From a virus (taxonomy: Duplodnaviria; Caudoviricetes): a stretch of 54,252 nucleotides of DNA. A program made the translations under genes and the position numbers. Location: positions 1 through 54,252 of the IMG/VR virus record IMGVR_UViG_3300021373_002055; one strand, written 5' to 3'. Each line of letters starts with the position of its first letter. Positions within the stretch are counted from its first letter, which is position 1. Shown here piece by piece: positions 16,216-25,735 of the stretch. The notes beneath the pieces were generated by a model that was given only the letters and a program-made list of their open reading frames with translations, ran no database searches and was not told where the DNA came from.

Positions 16216-17924
16216 GTTAATTTAATTTTATTTTTTGGTACCGTATAAAAATGTTCTGATTGTTTTTTATTTAACAATGTTTGATGTGCGACAAATGTTT
16301 CTTTAATTGCATTTAAACGTATCCAATTATGCTTCCATAAAACATATGGAAATGAAATCTGATCTCGAATAGAATTATTATTTATTTCTGCCCACCACAT
16401 TTCATTGAAACTAACAATGTGACTATTGTTTCGTCTCATCAATATACCAGTTTCATATAATCCATAATCTTCATATTGTTCTCGAAGATATTTTTTTATT
16501 TGATTATTAACAATTGTGCTATCATCTAAGTTTCTTTGAATTATAACTTCTGCTTCTTGTATTATATTACTTCGATCACAATGTTCATGTAGACACATAT
16601 CAAAATTTGTCATATACAATTCAAATAAATCAACTGGGTCGTATTTAAACAAACATGAATTATCCATCCATATCCAAGCATCATAATTTGGTAAATATTT
16701 GTGCGGTAACATTTTATATTTACGGGCTTGTTTTCTAGCAGACAATTCACAATCAACTAATCTAATATCCCATGTATTAGATTTTAAATGTGGTGTATTA
16801 GTAAAACATATAAATTCTATAGAGCTATCTCTATATTCTGGCAATGTTCCGTGTATGTGTTCAATATCATCTGTAAACAATGCAGTATATACTACTAATC
16901 TTTCTTTATTCATATCAATGTTTTCAATGTGTTTAACATAATGTTTTGTGCTACAAAATTCTTCTCCGCCTTTTATAGTATTTTTTATATAGTCATTATA
17001 TCTACCATGTTCTATTTGTTCTTCAATATTTTTTTTCACAACATCTGGTTGCATTTCTACTAATCCAGGATATGAATCAAACGCACCAACGGCTCCTGCG
17101 CCTTTAATTAACACGGTTGGTATTCCTAATTGTATAGGTTTAAAACATAGTGTCGACGGAGCAGCAACTATTAGAATTGAATCTGCTATTAATTGATCAA
17201 TATCCTCACAATTTGTAACAACATCACAATCTAGTATACTTTTAACATAATTTATATCTTCAACATAGTTTGGTTTATCAAGTCTTGTTTTTATTTTAAC
17301 CTTTATAGGACATTGAAACTTTTCTTGTAATTCTAATAGACCGGTTCGTTGTATAAATGTTTTATCAAAGTTAACTGGAAATATGGAGCTACGATTTGAT
17401 AAAAAGTTAGTTATAACTAAAATATGCTTATTGTTACCTTTAACATGTTTTAGTGTGTCATTAGTTGGTATGCCTCCTTTACTAAAGTCCATACTATAAT
17501 CATATGCAGTTCCAATTTCGTTATGTGGTGAATCTTCATTTCCGTGTGAGTTGCCGATTACTATAACATTATTTTGTTTACAATATTGATAAAAAGATGG
17601 AATATTATATTCTGGTTTCTTTCTATTGTCATCGTATATTACAAACTTATACTTAGATATATCTATATAATCACAAAGACTTTGCTTTATACGATCTCCA
17701 TGAAATTGCACTCCTGGCCCTTGTATTATATTATCAATATAATCTTTGTATTGTTCTAGTTTTAACTCACGTTCATCTATATCACCTACCCATGGTGTTT
17801 CGTTACTAAACAATCCAATTGAAAACAAATCAATAACATAATTTTTAGATAATTCGGGTATGATAGGCCATAGTTTTTCTGCAACACGATGATTAGTAAA
17901 TAATAATAAAACACGTTGATCCAT
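16212..17924 (-). CDS. two-domain glycosyltransferase-like fusion (GT-B-like N-terminus plus DUF616-like C-terminus)
   Basis: N-part DIDQLIADS...STLCF...LGIPTV; C-part VVYTALF, FICFTN, RKYKMLPH, WIWMD, RDQISFPY; start 17924 by TAATG overlap. Confidence 0.7.
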   Translation of the reverse strand: MDQRVLLLFTNHRVAEKLWPIIPELSKNYVIDLFSIGLFSNETPWVGDIDERELKLEQYKDYIDNIIQGPGVQFHGDRIKQSLCDYIDISKYKFVIYDDNRKKPEYNIPSFYQYCKQNNVIVIGNSHGNEDSPHNEIGTAYDYSMDFSKGGIPTNDTLKHVKGNNKHILVITNFLSNRSSIFPVNFDKTFIQRTGLLELQEKFQCPIKVKIKTRLDKPNYVEDINYVKSILDCDVVTNCEDIDQLIADSILIVAAPSTLCFKPIQLGIPTVLIKGAGAVGAFDSYPGLVEMQPDVVKKNIEEQIEHGRYNDYIKNTIKGGEEFCSTKHYVKHIENIDMNKERLVVYTALFTDDIEHIHGTLPEYRDSSIEFICFTNTPHLKSNTWDIRLVDCELSARKQARKYKMLPHKYLPNYDAWIWMDNSCLFKYDPVDLFELYMTNFDMCLHEHCDRSNIIQEAEVIIQRNLDDSTIVNNQIKKYLREQYEDYGLYETGILMRRNNSHIVSFNEMWWAEINNNSIRDQISFPYVLWKHNWIRLNAIKETFVAHQTLLNKKQSEHFYTVPKNKIKLT

Positions 17925-18571
17925 TATCCTATACCTTTCCAAGTTGCTCCATTTCCAGTATAAAAATGATTAACTGATATGGATGAGTCGTAAATATAAT
18001 GTTGATGTTTATCTATCATATCTTTTGCCCAATATCTATCTTCTTTGCCTGGATATTGTTCCGGCATTGGATTATTAACTAAAACGGCTTTTTCATAAAA
18101 ACAAAATGCGTTATGAAGAAAATATCGTTGTTCTATATCTGAATACATATCCAATGTATCTTCTTCAGAAAAATGACTCCATATATATCTTTTTGATATT
18201 TTTTTGCCTTTGTATACAGGAATTTGATTTCCAAATACTGCTACATTTTTATTTTTAAAATGCATCACAACACGTTCAAGATTCATGTTAGTAATTTGAG
18301 CGTGTGCTGATAGTACCAAAACATAGTCATTAGAACATTGTTTAACACCCATATTAATTGATTTGCCAGGCGTATAGTCGTTGATTGATATAATTTTAAT
18401 CGTAGTTCGATCTTTAAATAAATTGACAATTTCTAATGAATCATCAGTAGATTTATTATCTACTATTATGATTTCTGGTTTTTTGAAATGATCTAAACAA
18501 GATTGAATAGCAAATCCTATAAACTCGGCCTCATTTCTATTTCTTATAATAATGCTAATATTATCCATCAA
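17924..18571 (-). CDS. glycosyltransferase family 2
   Basis: ISIIIRNRNE, IIIVDNKSTD, ED motif. Confidence 0.85.
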   Translation of the reverse strand: MMDNISIIIRNRNEAEFIGFAIQSCLDHFKKPEIIIVDNKSTDDSLEIVNLFKDRTTIKIISINDYTPGKSINMGVKQCSNDYVLVLSAHAQITNMNLERVVMHFKNKNVAVFGNQIPVYKGKKISKRYIWSHFSEEDTLDMYSDIEQRYFLHNAFCFYEKAVLVNNPMPEQYPGKEDRYWAKDMIDKHQHYIYDSSISVNHFYTGNGATWKGIG

Positions 18572-19358
18572 ATCTACCTGTATAATTTAATCTTGAATCT
18601 AACTCAAAATCTTGATAATCTAGTCCATTTTCAATCATCATATCATTTCGTAATTTTAAGTATTCAGATAAGTTATTTAATTGTTTAGGAAGTATTGCAA
18701 ATTTATTGTCTCTTCCTGGCAATTCATTATCTACCGTAAAATGTTTTTCAATTGCATGTATTCCGAATTCAATTGCAACTTTTGCAGATTCAACCCCTTG
18801 CATATGATCTGAATATCCAACCCATTTAAACAATTTATTTAATTCTTTTAATTTTAAAATATTTGCATTTTTTGGATGTAATGGATATGTTGAAACACAA
18901 TGCATTATACACGTTTTATTAATATCAATAATACGTGCTAACTCTTTAACTTCATCCCATGTAGTAGTTCCAATTGATATATATACTTTATCAAACACCT
19001 CCATGCATTTTTTAATAAGCGGATAATTTCTACTTTCGAAAGATGGTATCTTTACACACTTTGTTGTTACTTGTTTATATATCTCAATATCTCGTAATGA
19101 AAATACAGATGACATAAATTCGATATTATTATCATCACATACCTGTTTAAGATATTTATGGTCAGCTAATGTTAATTGAGCTTTTTCATATATTTCACGA
19201 CGGCCATCAGTATCCCATACTCCAGGTTTAAGATTACTTACTGACCATGATTGAAATTTTGCATGTGTCGCTCCATTTGCTGCCGCTTCATTAATCATTT
19301 GTTTTGCTAATGCCATATCACCCATATGGTTCCAGCCTATTTCTGCTATAATATTCAT
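18561..19358 (-). CDS. neuB: N-acetylneuraminate/nonulosonate synthase family, no C-terminal SAF domain
   Basis: IIAEIGWNHMGD, AKFQ, KIPS, MHCVSTYP, GYSDH, IEKHFT. Confidence 0.9.
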   Translation of the reverse strand: MNIIAEIGWNHMGDMALAKQMINEAAANGATHAKFQSWSVSNLKPGVWDTDGRREIYEKAQLTLADHKYLKQVCDDNNIEFMSSVFSLRDIEIYKQVTTKCVKIPSFESRNYPLIKKCMEVFDKVYISIGTTTWDEVKELARIIDINKTCIMHCVSTYPLHPKNANILKLKELNKLFKWVGYSDHMQGVESAKVAIEFGIHAIEKHFTVDNELPGRDNKFAILPKQLNNLSEYLKLRNDMMIENGLDYQDFELDSRLNYTGRFDG

Positions 19359-19894
19359 AGTCGTTCTTTTGCTCGTTCTAAATCTTGTTGGTAATGTATA
19401 TCGGTTGCATCATCTTTTATACATCCTATTCTTTTTGAAACATTACTGTTTAGTAAATGATCATATTTAAAAATTCTAACAGATCCGCTCCGTTTAAATG
19501 ATGGTTCAATTGTAATCAAATCGTCATAGTTATTATCTATCATATAATCTACACAATAATCAAAAGTATGTTCTCTGTCTGGATGATCAGGTTGTAAACA
19601 AACTATTAAATCAAATTCTTTATCTATTGAATTAAGTAAATCAATATACACATCTGTTACCTCTGCGTCTTTAAGTAAATGTACTGGTCGCTCTACAAAT
19701 GTTACTTTATTATCTAATGCTATTTTTAATACTTCATCACTTTCTGATGAAACAACAATTGTAGGATTATATTTACTTTGTTTAGCATAATCAATTGAAT
19801 ACTCAACTAATGTTTTACCTTTAATTTTTTGTATATTTTTTTTAGGTAATCTAGTTGAATCTGTTTTTGCTGGTATTATTGTTAATATCTTCAT
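19355..19894 (-). CDS. neuA: CMP-nonulosonate synthetase (cytidylyltransferase)
   Basis: IIPAKTDSTRLPKKN, LQPDHP, DIHYQQD; adjacent to neuB. Confidence 0.85.
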   Translation of the reverse strand: MKILTIIPAKTDSTRLPKKNIQKIKGKTLVEYSIDYAKQSKYNPTIVVSSESDEVLKIALDNKVTFVERPVHLLKDAEVTDVYIDLLNSIDKEFDLIVCLQPDHPDREHTFDYCVDYMIDNNYDDLITIEPSFKRSGSVRIFKYDHLLNSNVSKRIGCIKDDATDIHYQQDLERAKERL

Positions 19895-20838
19895 AATTTA
19901 TTTATAGCCCATTTATATGCTCTAGTTTGACCTTCAATCGTCATTCCGCCAGTATGTGGTGTAACAATTATATTTTCTCCTTGATTCATTGCTTGTATAA
20001 TAGGAGATGCTTGTAAGTCGTCAAATTCATTTTCAACTACATCTGCACCATAACCTGATATAACTTTATTTTCCAATGCTTCTACAATGTCTTGTTCGTT
20101 AACTATTTCTCCTCTACTGGTATTAATAATATATGGAGATTTTTTACTATATCCAAGTAATTCTTTATTAATCATGTACTTCGTTTCATCAGTAACATGC
20201 ACGTGTAACGATATAACATCACATTGTTTAAACATATCTGTTAACTCGCAATAAGTATTAAGTAAAAACGCATCATCCATTTCATCTCGTTTATATGGAT
20301 CATATACTTTTACATTAGCTCCAAATGCTTTACAATAACTGTACATCATTTTTCCTAAACGACCGTAGCCAATGATACCTATAGTCAATGATTTAACTTC
20401 TCGTCCTATAAATGGTATATAGTCCCAATTATATTCAGAAACATGTTGTTTGCTTTGTGGTATACTTCGTAGCAATGACAACATTAGTCCAAATGCTAAT
20501 TCTGAAGTAGATGGTAACTGTTTAATTAATTCATAATCTTTAGTTAAAGACAAAATTTTAATGTTTTGTTTTTTACAATATTCAACGTCGATATGATTCA
20601 TACCAGTTGAACATGTATTGATTAAGTTAACATCGGTTCCTTGTAATAGCTCTTTATCAATTTTATATGTTTGTTGATTAGGATTACAAACTATAGTATC
20701 AATATTACGTTTTAATAGTAAATCTCTAACTTGTTCTTTTGTTGATTCTTCACGAAGATATAACTCGTCACTTTTATTTATAAGTAATTGTACGATTCCG
20801 TCTAAATGAAATACTGGGGTTATTACTGCTATTTTCAT
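19891..20838 (-). CDS. D-isomer-specific 2-hydroxyacid dehydrogenase
   Basis: GIIGYGRLG, INTSRGEIV, ADV, TPHTGG. Confidence 0.9.
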   Translation of the reverse strand: MKIAVITPVFHLDGIVQLLINKSDELYLREESTKEQVRDLLLKRNIDTIVCNPNQQTYKIDKELLQGTDVNLINTCSTGMNHIDVEYCKKQNIKILSLTKDYELIKQLPSTSELAFGLMLSLLRSIPQSKQHVSEYNWDYIPFIGREVKSLTIGIIGYGRLGKMMYSYCKAFGANVKVYDPYKRDEMDDAFLLNTYCELTDMFKQCDVISLHVHVTDETKYMINKELLGYSKKSPYIINTSRGEIVNEQDIVEALENKVISGYGADVVENEFDDLQASPIIQAMNQGENIIVTPHTGGMTIEGQTRAYKWAINKL

Positions 20839-21791
20839 TTTTTATTTTGTATGTTTAAACAAATTTCCTGAATTACTTCGTTTGTGTTTTTTCTAATTTT
20901 ATAATCTAGCAATTTTTCTGCCTTTGTAATATTAGCAAATCTAACTAATATTTCTTGATAATTTCCAAATATTTTTTCAGCTGGGACAAATATTATGTCT
21001 GATTGATTTTTAAAATAATTATTAATATATTCTGCAGTGTATTTTACTGTAGTTTGTTCATTGGTTCCTAAATTTATAATTTCACCATTTGTAGTTTGTT
21101 GATTATTTAAAATACTTACAAATCCAGCTGCTATATCATTTGCGTGAGAAATTGATCTAGTTTGCAATCCATCACCATGTATTACAATGTCTTTACCTTG
21201 AGATGATAATTTAGCAAATAATGGAATATGTCCTCCACTCCATGTTGTCGAAGACCGTTTTGAAGCACACCCAAAGATACGTATTACGGTGCACTCTAAT
21301 CCTTGTTGCTGAAAGGTATTTAGTATGTGTTGTTCACTATACCATTTTGATAAAGCATATGAATATCGTACGTTAGTGGGGGCGCCCATTGTTATGTTAT
21401 CGTCTTCGCAAAATGTTTTTGAATTTCCATATATATCACTAGTAGATGCAAATATAAATTTAGTTTTATGTTGTAAACAACGTTGAACTAATAACTTAGT
21501 CATATGATAATTTGTATCTAATATGTCTGCAGATAATACACTACCATCCCATGCTTTTTTTAACGATGCAAAATGATATATAATATCATATTTTGTTTTA
21601 TAGTTTTCAATGTTTTCTACTTTGTCATGTATAAATTTAAAATTTTTGTTTTTTATAGCATCTGACAAGTTATCTAGCCTTCCATATGATAAGTCGTCAA
21701 TACCATCAACCATATGTCCTGCTTCAAGCAATAAATCTGTTGTATGACTTCCTATCAGCCCGGCAGCTCCTGTTACTAATATTTTTTTCAT
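20835..21791 (-). CDS. NAD-dependent nucleotide-sugar epimerase/dehydratase
   Basis: TGAAGLIG, ASTSDIYG, YALSK, GDGLQTR. Confidence 0.9.
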   Translation of the reverse strand: MKKILVTGAAGLIGSHTTDLLLEAGHMVDGIDDLSYGRLDNLSDAIKNKNFKFIHDKVENIENYKTKYDIIYHFASLKKAWDGSVLSADILDTNYHMTKLLVQRCLQHKTKFIFASTSDIYGNSKTFCEDDNITMGAPTNVRYSYALSKWYSEQHILNTFQQQGLECTVIRIFGCASKRSSTTWSGGHIPLFAKLSSQGKDIVIHGDGLQTRSISHANDIAAGFVSILNNQQTTNGEIINLGTNEQTTVKYTAEYINNYFKNQSDIIFVPAEKIFGNYQEILVRFANITKAEKLLDYKIRKNTNEVIQEICLNIQNKK

Positions 21792-22750
21792 ATGTTAACA
21801 CTTTTTAATGGTCCATTATTTACATTGTGATTAAAAAATTCTAAAATAAGAGTATTTGCATAATGTTGCTCTATTACATCAGAATATTTATGAACATTTT
21901 CATAATGCCATCCCCATCTGTCTTTCCATGCTTTAAAGTTAGAATATTCACCAAAGTGATAATCGTTTCCTTGTATCGCTCCCTGTGCTGAATTTTTATT
22001 TATGTTGTATTTTTCTTTTAATGATTGATTGTTTAAACAATATAAATCTGGTAATATTAAACATGGTTTATTTTTATGATTGAATTGCATAGCAATATCA
22101 GGTAACCATAAGTGAAAATGATATTGATTTGTTGCAATTATATGTTTATTCCAATTTGAAACATTTATTCCAACGGCTGCCCACATCGGAAACTCTACAA
22201 TAAATGGAGTTCTCCATACTTCTTGTTTTAGTAATTCTGTTTGCCGCTTTGTACATAACCAACGTTTAGAATTATTTCGAATTGACAAATGACACATTCC
22301 TATCATTCCTAGCGGAGACTCTCCTCGATCGAATTGCTGTAAACTATTTGATGTGTAGTTACCATGATCTAAAACATTGAATCCAACTATACCAAAGTCA
22401 TTGAGTTTATCACTTTGTATATATTTGTCTAACTTCGAAAAAAAGTTTTTTGATATAGGGTATATATCATGTTGAAAACAAACTACCCATTTACAGTTAG
22501 GACGATTTTCATTAACAAAGTCTATAAGTGTTTGAGTAGCCATTTGTACACCTCTATCTTTGTTCTTTAGAAAAACAACATCATGTTGTTTGCAAATAGC
22601 TTCACCTTTATTTAATTCATCAACAGAAGAATTGTCATCAACATTGATAAATTCAAAACCTTCGGTATTAATGTTTTTCAATACCTCATTTTCTAACATA
22701 TCATAATTGTTTCTTGAAGATACATATATGATAATACTATCACGCTTCAT
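21788..22750 (-). CDS. glycosyltransferase family 2-like
   Basis: NVDDNS and CFQHD motifs. Confidence 0.75.
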   Translation of the reverse strand: MKRDSIIIYVSSRNNYDMLENEVLKNINTEGFEFINVDDNSSVDELNKGEAICKQHDVVFLKNKDRGVQMATQTLIDFVNENRPNCKWVVCFQHDIYPISKNFFSKLDKYIQSDKLNDFGIVGFNVLDHGNYTSNSLQQFDRGESPLGMIGMCHLSIRNNSKRWLCTKRQTELLKQEVWRTPFIVEFPMWAAVGINVSNWNKHIIATNQYHFHLWLPDIAMQFNHKNKPCLILPDLYCLNNQSLKEKYNINKNSAQGAIQGNDYHFGEYSNFKAWKDRWGWHYENVHKYSDVIEQHYANTLILEFFNHNVNNGPLKSVNI

Positions 22751-23614
22751 TTAATACATACCTTTAAAAGATTCTACATAGTTAGTAATATTTTGTTTAG
22801 GTTGATAGCCAAAATTTTGTGTAGCTGATATATCTGCTAATGTAATTCTAGCTTCACCTGGTCGTGCTGGAATATATGTAGTGTCATCGCTAAACATAGC
22901 AGCAATTTCATTTATAGAATAATTTGTTCCGGTACCTAGGTTATAAACTTCTCCAGTATGAGTATGTTTACTCAAACATATCAATCCGTCACAAATATCA
23001 TATACATGAGTAAAGTCTCTTCGTTGTTCTCCATCACCTGTTATAGTTAATGATTTGCCATTTGAATACTGTCTTTCAAAGATACCTATAATAGTTGCAT
23101 ATGTTCCTTCGGTTGGATGTCGATCTCCATATACATTAAAAAATCTAGCACTCACCGTTGATATATTATATACTTCAGAATACATTTTCAACGTTTCTTC
23201 ACCAGTCCATTTTGCAAATGCATATGGATTTAATTTTGGTCCACCATATGCGGAACTACTAGCAGCATATATAATTTTTGCATTACATCTCCTTGCTAAT
23301 TCACAAACATTAACAGTACCCATTATATTGGACTGAAAATAACGTATTGGATCTTTAAATGATGGTTGAATTCTTGCAAGAGCTGCTAAATGAAAAATTA
23401 AATCAAAATTTAAATCTTCATATTTAACATTATCTAAGTTGTTAATATCATCAATAATGTATTTAACATTTTTATGTTTGTTGTTTCTACTGCTAGATTG
23501 TGAAGACAAATTATCAATAACAGTTATTTCATAATCTGTTGTTTGTAATAATCGTTTTACTAAGTTATATCCAATAAAACCTAAGCCTCCGGTAACTAAT
23601 ACTCGTTTTTTCAT
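22751..23614 (-). CDS. NAD-dependent nucleotide-sugar epimerase/dehydratase
   Basis: TGGLGFIG, HLAA, YAFAK, RFFNVYG, GDGEQRRDFTHV. Confidence 0.9.
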   Translation of the reverse strand: MKKRVLVTGGLGFIGYNLVKRLLQTTDYEITVIDNLSSQSSSRNNKHKNVKYIIDDINNLDNVKYEDLNFDLIFHLAALARIQPSFKDPIRYFQSNIMGTVNVCELARRCNAKIIYAASSSAYGGPKLNPYAFAKWTGEETLKMYSEVYNISTVSARFFNVYGDRHPTEGTYATIIGIFERQYSNGKSLTITGDGEQRRDFTHVYDICDGLICLSKHTHTGEVYNLGTGTNYSINEIAAMFSDDTTYIPARPGEARITLADISATQNFGYQPKQNITNYVESFKGMY

Positions 23615-24268
23615 TTATAATCCTTCGTATAATTTATTTTGTCGTTCTTGTCGATCAATTGTTTTGTCGTGACGTAAACACCACTGCTCTTCAATTGGAA
23701 GATAACTCATTGTCCGGTAGCCTTCTAATACTTCATGAACTCGATTTACCCATGTTATCTTTTTATTGTTCTTGTAAATGCGCCATTGAAAGTCCGGAAA
23801 GTTTACCCAACCTTGATCATTAACACCCCAATTCCATTTTGCTATATGTTCTTTAGTAAGCCCTTCAACTGTGTTTATTCTAGGAACTTTTAACACATCA
23901 ACGTCATTATGTTTTAATACTTCAGGTATCATATCCATCATATATGTTGTAGGCATCTCATCTGCGTCTATCTGAAATATGTAATCTCCTGAGCAATTAT
24001 CTGTTAGGTTGTTTTTAAAGTTGGCAAAGTGATTATCTAATGAAAAATCACATATAAATTTAATTCGACCTTCTTTATATAAATTACCACAATATAGATT
24101 AACTTCCATTTCGGGTGTTAGTGGAGTATGGGATGCAGATTTTTTATATGCCCCATCTTGTTGTACAACTATCTCATCTTGCTCACGTTTGTTTTCTAAA
24201 AGAAAATTCAGTAAACGTTGTATCTCTATAAATTCATTGCAGACTGTTATAGCGTAACTTATTTTCAT
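23615..24268 (-). CDS. glycosyltransferase family 2
   Basis: ISYAITVCNE, FQIDADE, PDFQWR, VHE. Confidence 0.85.
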   Translation of the reverse strand: MKISYAITVCNEFIEIQRLLNFLLENKREQDEIVVQQDGAYKKSASHTPLTPEMEVNLYCGNLYKEGRIKFICDFSLDNHFANFKNNLTDNCSGDYIFQIDADEMPTTYMMDMIPEVLKHNDVDVLKVPRINTVEGLTKEHIAKWNWGVNDQGWVNFPDFQWRIYKNNKKITWVNRVHEVLEGYRTMSYLPIEEQWCLRHDKTIDRQERQNKLYEGL

Positions 24269-24447
24269 TCGGAGTGTTTTTCTAAATCGTTTAACAATGC
24301 TAAAGTTTCACCAAAATTATAGTATTTACATTTGCCTAATTTTATATAATAGTCAAAGGTATCTCGATTTATTCCTATATTGATTTCAATACCGGTAATT
24401 AATTTGGATCTTTCTATTTTTAATAATTCTGTTTCTTTCTGTGTCAT
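24265..24447 (-). CDS. hypothetical protein
   Basis: 60 aa, first gene after a class A promoter, ATGA-coupled to the next gene. Confidence 0.55.
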   Translation of the reverse strand: MTQKETELLKIERSKLITGIEINIGINRDTFDYYIKLGKCKYYNFGETLALLNDLEKHSE

Positions 24448-24452
24448 ATTAT

Positions 24453-24481
24453 ATTATAATAAATTTACTTTAAATATCCTA
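24453..24481 (-). promoter_or_regulatory. class A promoter candidate TAGGAT-N17-TATAAT
   Basis: 17-nt spacing; heads the inner glycosylation operon. Confidence 0.55.
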
Positions 24482-25735
24482 TACTTTTTGAAGTTTTGGA
24501 AGTTTTAATTTAGGAAGTTTTAATTCTACTTGCTCTGGTATACTATTAGTACCTTTATCAATAATATCCAATAACAAGTCATATTGTTCAGATACAGCGG
24601 TTTCCGTAAATTTGCTATTAACAAAATATCGTTGACGAGTAGCCAATTGTTTCCATCGTTTATAATTTTTAAGAACGTCTACTAGCATTTTGCTGGCATA
24701 CCCATAATCAACCGTAAACCATTGGGCTTCTTTTAATAAGAAGTTGTTTGCTGCAGATTCATGTATATTAGTTAACGTTCCTGGTAATGCACATATGAAT
24801 TCCTTTTTCAAGAAGTCGGCCTGGCCAGAATAATGTGGAGCAATAATAGGTTTACCTGTTGTAGCAAATTCTAATAACGGTCTTCCGAATCCTTCTGCTT
24901 TTGTAAAACTAATCATGGCTTTAATTTTTTTGTCATTATACAATGCATTCATTTCTGCATTTGTTAAATCTCCATGAAGTAAATACACTGATGGTAGTTT
25001 GTGTTTCTCTGCTCCAAATGTATCTCGTATCTGATTGATTTTGTTTTCAATCTCCCAACGATCTGTTACACTATATGTAGCCCCACTTGTTTTCAGTACT
25101 AGAGCCGGCTTAGTTTTTTTGTCTTTGAATGTTTTAAAGAAACAATGCAACGCGCCGCTTATATTTTTTCGATCTTCCCCCAATTGGCCAGACAACCAAT
25201 GTCCACACATTAAGAATGCTTCTTTTTCTTGGATAGTCGACAAAGCCGGTACCGAAGTAGTTACGTTGTTACTGTCATATATTTTATCATTGAAATATTC
25301 AGATATTACTTGTAAATTGGTAGTTATAGTTTTACCATGTTTTGCTGCCGTATCTTCGAAAGTCTTTTTGGTAAATTCACTTGGTACAATGGTTATTTGC
25401 ATTTGATTGATTCTGTCAATCCATTCTGGGTTACAAACACTTCCTTCTGTCCCTGCTGTGACTCCTATATTGTATTGACCAACTGCTTGAAACTCATTAG
25501 GCACAGTTATTTGTACCCAGATATCTGGCTTAGTTTGTAATGGTAATCCTATAAACTTTTGTCGCCACTCAGTAGGTATAGGATATGTAAATGGAGTATT
25601 GCCCCATGGCATTGAAAGCAGATTAATATCCCATTCATCTTTTTTCTTGTCTATAAATTGTTTAATAACTTCTCGGGCATGATGTCCGTAACCAGATTGT
25701 GTTGCTACTGGTGATGATATAACTACTTTTCTCAT
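24479..25735 (-). CDS. GT-B (family 4-like) glycosyltransferase
   Basis: SGYG, DRKN, EGFGRPLLE (EX7E). Confidence 0.85.
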   Translation of the reverse strand: MRKVVISSPVATQSGYGHHAREVIKQFIDKKKDEWDINLLSMPWGNTPFTYPIPTEWRQKFIGLPLQTKPDIWVQITVPNEFQAVGQYNIGVTAGTEGSVCNPEWIDRINQMQITIVPSEFTKKTFEDTAAKHGKTITTNLQVISEYFNDKIYDSNNVTTSVPALSTIQEKEAFLMCGHWLSGQLGEDRKNISGALHCFFKTFKDKKTKPALVLKTSGATYSVTDRWEIENKINQIRDTFGAEKHKLPSVYLLHGDLTNAEMNALYNDKKIKAMISFTKAEGFGRPLLEFATTGKPIIAPHYSGQADFLKKEFICALPGTLTNIHESAANNFLLKEAQWFTVDYGYASKMLVDVLKNYKRWKQLATRQRYFVNSKFTETAVSEQYDLLLDIIDKGTNSIPEQVELKLPKLKLPKLQKV

